Shown here in pieces: positions 12,110-23,600 of a stretch of 37,461 bases of DNA. This DNA comes from Octopus bimaculoides. Its lineage: Eukaryota. The stretch lies in contig NC_068981.1 of NCBI RefSeq assembly GCF_001194135.2, forward strand, positions 57,930,877-57,968,337, in the 5' to 3' direction. How positions within the stretch are numbered: position 1 is the stretch's first letter; each line of letters opens with the position of its first letter. The notes under the pieces were generated by a model, which was not told the DNA's origin, made no database searches, and saw only the letters and a list, made by a program, of their open reading frames with translations. Made by a program: the position numbers and the translations under genes.

Positions 12110-14620
12110 GTAAGAAAATTTAACTATTGTCTACCATGATAAATTGTCTCATTTTAATGTTGCTTCTTCGAGTTTTAAAACTTTTTAGAAATCCCAAACA
12201 CGAATTTCTCGGCTTGCCCCTCTCTTTATAATTAATTACATTTCCATCCTGTATATTTTTAAAATTTCGTTATTAATTCAATATATGAATGCTACAGTGC
12301 GATTTTTACTCTTTCGTTCGTTGCATGTTTCTCTAATCAGTCGTTGTATATGCAGCATCAGTGCTCTTAGAATATTGAATAATTCCTTCTTTTAGACAAT
12401 AGTTTGTTTATCTGGCCTCTAAATAATTAACTCAATTTCGAAGTTGTGAAAGCGTTGAAATATTGTCATGAAAAGCTATTACATTTCGACTTTGTAATAT
12501 TCTAATCCAGTTTGAAATATTCTAATTCCTAACAATAAAGCAAAGAACTTAATTTTTATTAAAGGCAGCTTTCACAATTATAAAACTACATTTAATTAGA
12601 GCCACATAACACTTAATCACAGTTAATTATCATGTTTTAGCTATGAACGTATTTAATCTAAAAGTTGATCCACATTTCTGACATAATCTCTACTGTCCCC
12701 AACCTCGAGATGTCCCAAAGTGACACTGACCGTTTTGCATTAAATTACAGAAAAACATTGTTCTCTGTGAGAATTTCCACTGTCAGTTGACTAACATTCA
12801 CCCTTGCACTTTAAACTACAAGCTAACGTGGGACATTAAATTACAAGCTAACGTGGGACATTAAATTACAAGCTCCTTCCTCTTTCAAATCATACCATTT
12901 GCCATAAAAATAATGAATTAACGTAGTTCTAGGTGCCCATAAAAAGATGGTGACGGTAGGAATGGCTTACATCACGCCGTTGTTTAGCCCCTAGGGGACT
13001 AAACAATAATCGTACTGATCGAATATTTCTTCTTTCTGATTTTTCATATTTTTTCATAGTTTAGATTTGAAAGGAGAAAAATTATTACATAAAAACTTAC
13101 ATGATAGTAATGTTAGGTATGTACACACATACAGCGCACAGTCAATCCACAAATAAAGTATGTGTGCGTGCACGTATATAACTGAATATAAATTTCACAA
13201 AACTGAACATTAATCATTTTGTGTTGAGTATTCTGTTTTAATATCTAAAAGATTTTCAAAAATGCTGTTATTATATTTTAGTTAAGGTAGGATGGTCATG
13301 GGCGGAATGTCTTTGATAATAGGTTTGCTGGATGGGGGCTGATCAAGGGGCTAAGCAATAATAACTAACCACAAATATATTGTGTGTGTATATAGGAGTG
13401 TGCGTTAGTATGTACCACTATATTCGAACATGGGTCCAACTTTCTTAACATGAATCCGTAGAAATATTGGTTTCACATTTTGGCGCAAGGCCATCAATTT
13501 CGGGAGTGGGACAAATCAATTACATCGACCCAGTATTCATTTTATTGACCCCAAAAAGATGAAATGCAAAGTCAGCCTGGGTGAATTTGAACTCAGAATG
13601 TAAAGACAGGTGAAATACTGGTAAGCATTTTGTCTGGTGAGCTAACGATTCTGCCAGCTTACCTCCTTAATCCATAGAAATATTGGAAGAACAGAAATTA
13701 TTTGAAAGGAGATTTGAATTTAAAAAAAAAAAATAGAAGAGGATGGTTATGGTTTGAATGCCTTTGATTATAGATCTGCTGGATCAGAGACAATCCAAGA
13801 AAGAAGTGACTCTTTTCTGATACCATGACATGAGTTCAAAAAATGATGTGAGTTCCAGGTAGTAATAATCTATATTAAAAGTGCTATTAATTATCTTTAT
13901 TGTATCTGGGTAGAAAATATATGAAAGAAGCAGTTGGAGCATTTGTTGGATCTGATAGAGATTATAGAGAAATTGTAAAAAAAAAAGAAAATGATATCTT
14001 TGACAGTTTGTCTCAGTTCAAGAGACTGCAATTTGAGTTTATTTAAGTTTGGAATTCTGGATGCAAGAGATATACCTCTAATTTTCATCAGAAATAATGT
14101 TTCTCAACTTGTTTAATCTATTTATACTTTGAAAATAAGATGGGTTCCAAATTTCAGTAGCATACTCTAATTTTGAAAAAAAGCTTAGGAGTGGCTGTGT
14201 GTGGCACCAGGTAAGTGGAAGCCAAAAACAAGGGAAAGAAAAAGCAAGGGGTCTACCCTGGTGGTCGGATGTCTATACTTCAGAAAGCCATTACAAATTG
14301 CATCTGTAATGAGCAATGCTTTAATCGAACATTGTAAATATAGTCAAACTATTATTGTATATTTAAAATTGTAAATATTTAATCGATACAGCTACTTCAC
14401 CGCTTTTATGTTTGTCTGTCCTTGTTCGTTCCCTCTTTGTAATGCCTTTATGGCAAATACTTATGAAATAAAGTAACTTGCTTACGAACCACATGGTTCC
14501 GGGTTCAGTCCCACTGTGTGGCACCTTGGGCAAGTGTCTTCTACTATAGCGTCGGGCCGACCAAAGCCTTGTGAGTGGATTTGGTAGACAGAAACTAAAG
14601 AAGCCCGTTGTATATATGTG

Positions 14621-14651
<31 letters not shown>

Positions 14652-17600
14652 GTATATGTTTGTGTGTTTACATCCCCGTAACCTAGTGGTTCGGCAAAAG
14701 AGACCGATAGAATCAGTACTAGGCTTACAAAGAATAAGTCCTGGGTTGATTTGCTCGACTAAAGGCGATGCTCCAGCATGACCACAGTCAAATGACTGAA
14801 ACAAGTAAAAGAGTATATGACATAGAAATTTTTGTCTTTAGTTAAGAACACTTTGAAAACCATTACCGATATAGATTTTGCTTCTTTTTACAAATTTGCT
14901 GAGAATGTATATTAAATTTTAGATAATTAGAAATAATTACTTTTAAATCCTTAATTGTAGAAAATTCATATTGTTTTTTTAGTTTTGTCACAATCAAATG
15001 TATTGCATTTAGACATGTAATACACATTCAGGATTCTTCACAATAGGTTTAGAGCCATTGAATGTAGGTACTGGTGTACCAGTGGAAATAAAGTTATTTT
15101 AATCAATTGTGTGTTTTTCTTGAAGCATAGCTAACCTATTTACCTCTTAAGTTTGAACTGTACATATGTCTTCAGTTACTGGCATAATTGTTGCTCTCCC
15201 ATTCTAGGTCACATCTGATGAAGCAGACTTATGGTCAAAGGCCTTCTGCCTCTAACAATCCCATCTATTCAGACACAATAACAGCTCCATCTATTCAAAT
15301 ACAGGATATAACAATCCTATTTATTCAAACTTCATTATCAAATTTGTTCGGTTTAAGATTTTAGTTGTGGTTAAAATTATGATTTGAAGATTTGGCTCCT
15401 ATTTCTAGCAGATGAAGCAGTATTGTAGAGCCTCCTTCTTTTGGCTTGAATGGCATCGTTTGATTGTTCATTGATTCCTCTGGGGAATAGATCTCTTATA
15501 GAAACCTTGTCTACCCTGCTATTTAGAAAACTTTAAATGTGTGTAATCAAGATTAACCTTTGCAATTAAAATTTTGAATCATGTACATGACGATGCAGAT
15601 AAACCATGCCAAGTTTGGAATGCCAGTGGGTGTGTTGTTCCATTTGAAGTCTTTCTAAAAACTAACCATTTGCAAACTGTCTTGTTGGAAACTGTGTATG
15701 GTTGTGGTCATATAGTTTGTTGAGCTAAAACATAAAACATTTCTATTGTGAAATGTTTAATCTCTTACTTTCAAGGGCTAACTTTTATCTGGTTCCTGAT
15801 AATCTCATTATTTTTTTCTCTCAATGCAAGTTCTCTGAGGGATTATTTGGCATTGTAAGACTTATAGAAATCCTATGGCTGTTTAGAAATTATTTCAACT
15901 TGGTAGACATGAAATAGAGCCTACCTCTGTCTTGATAAAAAATCAATGGTATTCCAAACATTCCAAAAATAGAAAAAAGTTGAGCTGTAAATTAGGCACC
16001 TTCTCACAGAAGTATTTGTATAATGGTATTAAGAAGCAAATGGAAGATGAGTATACTTGTTGATTATAACATGTATATATTTGAATTATTAGAATGAGGA
16101 AGAGGCAGCTTTTACAGTTTGAATATCTTGCTGATGATAAAAGTTTGATTTAATTTTAGCAAAAGAGCTGAGGGTAAATACCTTTGAGGAGTATTCTGCA
16201 CACAAAATACACAGACTCACTAGTGTGTTATGATGAGCTGGTAATTGCAATTAACTATGAGTTTTCATACATCCTTCAAAGGTTTTTTAAAAACATGATA
16301 AAAAAAAAAAATACAAGGGAGTTGACTTCAATAGTATTAGACCTATCAAGAATTTTGGAAAAATAAGACAATGCAATTTAAGAGCGGACCTTGTCTTTAA
16401 AGCCAACTGATAAAAACAAGATATTCAGACCTTATTAGATTTGGACAAAATATATCTAGCTCAGCTGACAGCACCTAAGTATCTATAGAAATTGAATGGA
16501 AGTAATGATGTTAAAATAATAATGAATTTATTATATACAGTGCTCAGGTGCACTCCAACTCATCAGAAAAAGTAACCAAAGCTGCATGAACAGTACGTAG
16601 GATATGTAAAGGAAGTGAATAGCGAAAAAGTCTTGAAAAAAAAGGAAGAAAGTGGGTGGGTGGTAGTATCAGGTGTACTGTTGGTGAATTTCCGGAAGCA
16701 TGGAAACTTTGAAGGATGTAGTGTTTCAACAGCTAACAACTGTTGGAGGTAATTTATTCCATGCTCCAGCTATTCTGAGTGAAAAAATGTTTCTGAAAGT
16801 CATAGGTACTGTGTTATTTTTTTGATTTTGTAAGCATGTCCATGAGTGTTATAGGCATATGGAATTCATAAAGATGCCCAAAGTTGTTTTTGGAAAGAAG
16901 GTGAATAATCTTGTGTGTTTACCAACATTAGACCAGAAGGGAGCATTCTGTATACTAAATACACATACAAAGAGGGTCTCACAAAGGTAATATAGTGAGT
17001 TGAAAAACTTCAGTTCAGATTTTCCATACAATTGGACAAAGAATATTTAAAATATACAAAAAGAAAAAGAAAAAAGCAAGAGACAACTCCCAGTTGATTT
17101 TAAAGACCCATTCCTACCTGCATTATCTTTATTTCTCCCAAAATTCTATTGGCTGATATTATTGATGTTATCTTCCTTTTCCTTTTGTTTAGATTTTAAA
17201 GACCTCTCGATAGATTTTTTTTGTTTCTTAATTGCATGGATAATTCAGTTGACCAGAGATTTTCATTTCAATCACATATACCATATTTCTTTATTCATAA
17301 GACATTTTTTTTTCCAGTAGAATATCTCTCCAGAAATCCCTTGTATCTTATCATTAAAATGTTAGGTTTGACTACTGAACCCAGTTTTCACTAGAATCCT
17401 AGTCTTGTAGATGTAAGTTTTCAATTACTATTCATATGTAATAAATATATCCCAATATCAATGTTGTAATATATTATAACCAGTAAGAAGTTTACAAGAA
17501 TTTACTAGCAGCAGTAATTGAATGCTATTTGTTTTGTTGGGCTTATGGTGAATTTACAATAATGATGATCTTTGTGCCATTTGTTAACAAGCAGAAATAC

Positions 17601-20600
17601 CCTTGAAATAGATGTCATCTGTTACCAGTCAGTTTAATTCAACTGCTGATAATAATGATCTATGAAACTACATGATAGCAAGCAGAGAACACTAACATGT
17701 ATAATTGATTACAAGCTATGATTTATTGAATGTATAAGCAACATAGCAACTGGATAACCGAGTGACAGTATCGACACCAGATGAAAAAAAAAAACAAAAC
17801 AATTTGTGAAAAGAGAAAACGGAAGGAGACATGAAAGAAAAACAAAAAAACACAGGAACGGAAAAATGTGAACTTCATCATAAACAAAATTCCAGCAACT
17901 AGAGGAAGACATAAAATTATGGAGTATACAGTCTCAACAAAGGTGATAATGTGTAAGACAAGATTGGCTGAAAAGGGGCAGATGAGTTTGCTGAATGTTC
18001 ATTTTGGTGCTACCTTTTTTTGAAGAGGCTTGTATGCATGAGAATGAGGACCTGAATTACAGAGAAGCGACTTGAAGAGTATGAACAAATAATCCTCAAG
18101 TTTTATAAGTAATCAGTATCAGGATGTAAACAAAATTCCAAATAGAGCAAGTTGGCAATATGGATGAATTGGCATTAACATCTGATGGGCTGTCAAATAA
18201 AATTGTTGAAAATAAAAGTGCAAAAACAGTTACTATAAAAACACATGCATTTGAAAGACCTACACTGTTGGAAAGACCTGTATAGTAGGCTTGTTAGAAA
18301 AACAACACGAAGCTCCTGCCTTTTCTATCTTTAAATAAAAACAGTGTCCAAAGAAATCATTCTGTCTATTGCTTTTGTTCATTACACAGGGCGCATTGAT
18401 GAAGTCAGAGTGAAGCTGTAGTTGTATTCAGAGTATCCAAGTGGTTTGTTGAAGAAACCAGCATTACTGGTGCGAGATTAATTTCAAGCTCACAAAACTG
18501 CAGGAACAAGGACAAAAGAAGTTGAGCGACTAAACAAGTAGTTACCCCTCGTCACGTATATGTCAGTGGGTGAAACCATCTTGGGTAATTGTGAGAGTAG
18601 AATTAATGACCAGAATATTTTTTGAAACGTGGAATTCATACTGCAATGGATTGCAGCACAGATATACTTCTTTATGAAAGTAACAATGACCAAGAAACAG
18701 TTAGCAGTAGTGATATTAGTCTAAATAACAGGAATGTTATTTTTTTGCTATCTGTCTTGAGCAATCCTAAGGCACATACATAAGTAGCCAGCCAAACAAC
18801 TAGCATTGATTCACAGATCCATACTGCTGTCTAGTTGAGAACCATATGGCATATTGTGGAAAGCAGAATGTGCCATAACCTATAACCTATCCAGACACCC
18901 ACTGTTTTTTTTTTTACAAACAATTGTTTGTAATAAAGAGTGGGAATCAGGGTAGGTTATGCTCTTTACTTCAAGTCAACCCTGATCCAGACCTATAAAG
19001 ATCTCAGCATTTCAACTGAGAATTTCCATTGTTTAAGATGGCAGGCTGGGGTTTGTGGGGGAATTGATTGCTATGTAAATGATAGTGGTACAGTAGTAAT
19101 GTAAATACCTTTACTGCTCTACTGAATTCCTTTAACTTATCCCTTGTGTCCCATAGCCCACTCTATTAAAAACATTCAGAATATCAACATTTTGAATTTT
19201 ATTGGAAGTTGACAAAATTCAAAGTAGAAACTGACCAATTTATAGAATTCATTCAAAATCTGTATGATTAAGAAGTTTGATTTACAACTGTAAAATTCTG
19301 GGTTCAATCTTCAACCCTACTGTGTGACTATGGTGTCTTCTGTCATAACTTCAGAGTCAACAAAAGCTTTGTGAGTGAAATTTAGTTGACAGAAACTGAA
19401 AGCCAGTTGATGTACTAATAGCCCAAATGTCTGGTAACCTATTTAATAAATAGGTTATCAGGCGTCTTATTTCATGTTTTTTGCTTCAAGTTATATTCAT
19501 GGTGCTGCAAGATGTCAATGACTGTGACACTTAACTTTTAAAATGATTCATTTCACCTTGTTGTAAATAGAGTCTGAGTTCAATTACAGCTGGAGAATAA
19601 AAAAAAAAACTGAACTCCAAAGGGAGGCAATAGTAAATTACCTCAATAATGTGCCAGGTAAGGTATGGAAGAGTTTAATCGTTATGCACAATAATTTACT
19701 GAACTGTGAAGTAATTTCCAAAATGTAGTACCAGTGTGTGGTAGTGAATACAGAAACGTTAAAGTATTGAAGGAAATACTTCATGGGACTTGTCCTGCTT
19801 TTGTGTTCCGAGTTCAAATCCTGCCCCAGCCTGCTAGGGTTGTTGACTTAATTTTTTGCTTGATTTATACACTACCACCTAGTCTTTGAGTATCTTTTGT
19901 AGAGTCTACTCTGTTTCAAGCATTCAAGCCATGTCTCCAGTTTAACAATACCTTTCTCCCTCCTTCACATGAATCTTCCAAGAAGGAAGCTTGACCTTAC
20001 CTTCTTGAATTGAAATATTAAAAAAAAAATCATTGAAATTTTTCTTAAATTGATATTGGAATCATTTGTATTGTTATAGGTTGTACTTTGCTTTTTTTTA
20101 TCTTCATTTATAGTTCCTGGAGATGGAGGTAGCCAGATTAATGCAAGATTGAATAAAAGTGCAACTCCTGTTGTCTACTGTGAGAAGAAAACTAATTATT
20201 ATTATACATTATGGCTGGATCTTACTCAAATAACTGTTGCTCAGGATTGTTTCGTTGACAACATGAGGTAGTTCATCAGATTTTAATCTACTTTATTTCA
20301 TAGATGGTAATATATTAGTATTTCAGATGCATGCTTTAAAGTATTAATAGTGCACATGCGCACACACACTTTATTTAAAAGTTCATTTTTGAATCATATG
20401 ATTTCAGGTTTAGTCCCATTGTGTAGCACTTTGGGCAAGTGTCTTCTAATTTAGCCTCAAGCTGATCAAAGTCTTTTGAGTAGATTTGAGAGACAAAAAT
20501 TGAAGGAAGTGTTGTGTATACTACATTTATGTATCCTTGTCTTGATGTTACATGATAATAGTAAACAAGCATCACTGTTATACAAGAGGTGTCTTAAAAT

Positions 20601-23600
20601 TTGTGATTATATAGGCTCAGGAATGGCTGTGTGGTTAAAAGCTTGCTTCTCATTAGTGTGGCTTTGGGTTCAGTCCTATTGTGCAACAACTTGGGAAATT
20701 ACAGCCCTGGGCTGGCCAATGCCTTATTTGGTTGATGGCAACTGAAAGAAACTCATTGTATATATGCGTGTGTGTGTGAATTTTACAATCGGTACTGAGC
20801 TACAACTACAAACTGCAAGCTATGACACCACTGTTTGTAGCTGAGCTACAAGGGTGATGTTTGTTGATATTTCCTCTTAACAAATTATCCACTAGTTCTG
20901 TACTTTTGAAATTCTCTGGAATAAAAAGACCCTTATTTGAAAAACAGGTAAGGGTTGGTAACAGAAAGAGCATCCAGCTGTAAAAATCTGGCCTCAAATA
21001 CCTCCCCATATAACCCATGCTAGTATGGAAAAGCAAGTTAAAGTGCATGAATGGACAATATATCTATTAGGCAAACAGATGTAAGTGGGTTAGCTACTAA
21101 GATACAATTTATTTAGTCATCTCAAAAGAAGGTATGAAGCTTATCGATTGGTTTGAGACTGACTTTCAGTATTCATTTTGTTCTTATATGCATGTAATAG
21201 TAGACTGTAAAATTAGATTTGATTTAAATTAATTATTAGCTATAATTTGGAAATGAAAGTGTTATCTTTTGTGTTTAGGTTATCTTGTTCTAATTTAGTT
21301 ATGGATTTTATTTTCCATGATTTCGGATGCTATAAAGAATAGCACACAAACCCTGTTGGCATGAAACATCTATATCTAGACAGATAGGAAGACTTAGTAT
21401 ATGTCTTTCTACCTACATAGCTGAAAATATATCTTGAAGTGCGCAATCTATTTCATCATTGTGATCGGCAAAGCACTCTTTAAACACAAAGAGTGCTTAA
21501 CTGTAAAATACTAACTCCAACTATTCCTGTAAACATATGAGTCTATAGAATCCTTCAAAGTGTGCTAGCATGGTAAAAGCATAATCATAATTTAATATGA
21601 AGTAGCTGTATGCTGTCAACTTAATGTGACAGTCCCATGAAGGGAATAATACTACTGTTGTTTAGACCTAGGAAGCTGCACCGCTTCTTGTCAGCCTTGA
21701 CACATTTCCTGTGTCCTTATGTTCACAAGGGGGAGACAAGCACCTCCACCCAGCTAAGCCTGGATCCAGAGACATGTTTCTGAGTTTTTTCTCATCATCA
21801 GTCTGGAGTAGCATGACCTGCTAGTCGAAGATGTCCATCAAGCTCTTGTAAACATATAATAATTCTAGTGAAATACATTCACTGATTTCAAATTTAGAAA
21901 TAATACATTTCTAAATCTCTCAGAGAGATTTATGCAGTAGTGATACAATGAAGTAGTTGTATGCTGTCAACTTAATGTGATAGTCCCATGAAGATAATAA
22001 TACTACTGTTGTTTAGACCTAGGAAGCTGCACCACTTCTTGTTGGCCTTGACACATTTCCAGTGTCCTTATGTTCACAAGGGGGAGACTAGCAGGTCATG
22101 CTACTCCAGACTGATGATGAACAAAGACTCAGAAACATGTCTCTGGATGCAGGCTTAGCTGGGTGGAGGTGCTTGTCTCCCCCTTGTGAACATAAGGACA
22201 CAGGAAATGTGTCAAGGCTGACAGGAAGCAGTGCACCTTCCTAGGTCTAAACAACAGTAGTATTATTCCCTTCATGGGACTATCACATTAAGTTGACAGC
22301 ATACAACTACTTCATCGTATCACTACTGCATAAATCTCTGAGAGATTTAGAAATGTATTATTTCATAATTTAATATATTTAATTTCATACTCAGTATTTG
22401 AAGTTAAATGTGAGTGTGGAATAAATATTAGGGAGATTTGTAATTGAGTTTATTTATATGCACTGTGAAATTGTTAATTGATCTAGAAATCATCATAGCT
22501 AGTGCTGAACTTTCTTTTACAATGCTGTGCTGTCAAAATACAGTTTTCTTAATATTGTTTTGTTTTTTTCTTGTTCTTTGTTTGCAGATTAGTGTATAAT
22601 AATGTAACTCGAAAAACATTAGATTCCCCAGGTGTTTCCATTGATATTCCTGGTTTTGGCAGCACTCCAACAGTAGAATATTTAGACCCTGGGAGAGAAA
22701 GATTCAGTGAGTTAATTCATTCCTTTTAATTATTTAAAAGATGTTTTTCTTAGATTTGATGTTACACATTTGTATTTATTAGTTTCTTTTCATAAGTTAT
22801 TTTCTGATTTTGTATTTTTCAAGTCAACCCTATTTTTGGTTTATGCTAATTGAATTCTTATAAATACACCTGCTGATGCTATTGATTCTCAGTCACTTTC
22901 TCAATATCATTATTCTTAACCAGTGTCCTAAGTTAGCATTAAGTATCTAACAGACTATACTCAATTCTTCAGCTATGAAACAGTCACAAATTAAATATAA
23001 TCCAATTTATCTTTTGTTTTTTTAGCTCTAAGACAGCTCTGATCAATTAGACCTATGATAAAATGTATTTCAGCCCTGTTGATCTGCTTTTAAAATATAG
23101 GCATAGTGTATTCAGGACTACACACCATCCAATATATTTTTCTATTTTTAAGTAAGCTAAATATTTCAAAAGTTGTGTGTGGTGACCTAAGATGTGAAGT
23201 TAGCCAGTCTAGAAGACCTTGAGATATATCATATTTTTAAATGATAATTGATTGCTCAATTTCAGAATTAGTGAATTCCTGCAAAACCCGTTTCTCCAAT
23301 ACTTTATTTTAAAAAAATCTATGTATTATTGCTGGAAAAAGAGAATTTAACAAAAAACACCTCTGTAAAACTATTTTTAAAGTACTTTTTTTCTAGATTC
23401 CATCGTTGTTATCTTCAATAGTTAATATTTGCTAATCATCATTGTTTTCTTAACTTATTCATTAAATTTTATTCATCAAGCTTCATTAATGTCTGTTTTC
23501 CATGCTGGCATTGGTTGGATAGTCTAACAAGCTGCATCAAGCTCCAATGTCTCTTTACAAATTTTTTCTTTGGTATTTCCATTATTTCATTAACTGTGTT

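Larger units (their letters stand above)
21597..22364. mobile_element. Composite hammerhead-containing retroposon (Penelope pLTR / retrozyme-like) with inverted and tandem segments and a 10-13 bp TSD
   Basis: Order: A(21597-21737) B(21738-21826) S(21827-21896) C(21897-21947) A(21948-22088), then rcB(22086-22174) rcA(22175-22315) rcC(22316-22364). A copies differ at 5-9 of 141 sites. Direct repeat cataatttaatat at 21586-21598 and 22364-22376. Confidence 0.85.

Noticed and set aside
12811-12874. 25-bp repeats as a CRISPR-like array
   Set aside because: The units are contiguous with no spacers, and the context is eukaryotic.
15213-15250. Other CTGATGA/TCATCAG sites (about 14085, 15215, 16125, 16560, 25502, 27853)
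   Set aside because: None has a downstream stem II-GAAA-stem III-UH arrangement with a matching stem I.
21597-22364. Reading the intron 2 composite as a simple Mutator/foldback MITE
   Set aside because: The TSD encloses an asymmetric structure whose left end is not the inverse of the right end, and the 351-nt period and ribozymes fit a retroposon better. Not fully excluded.
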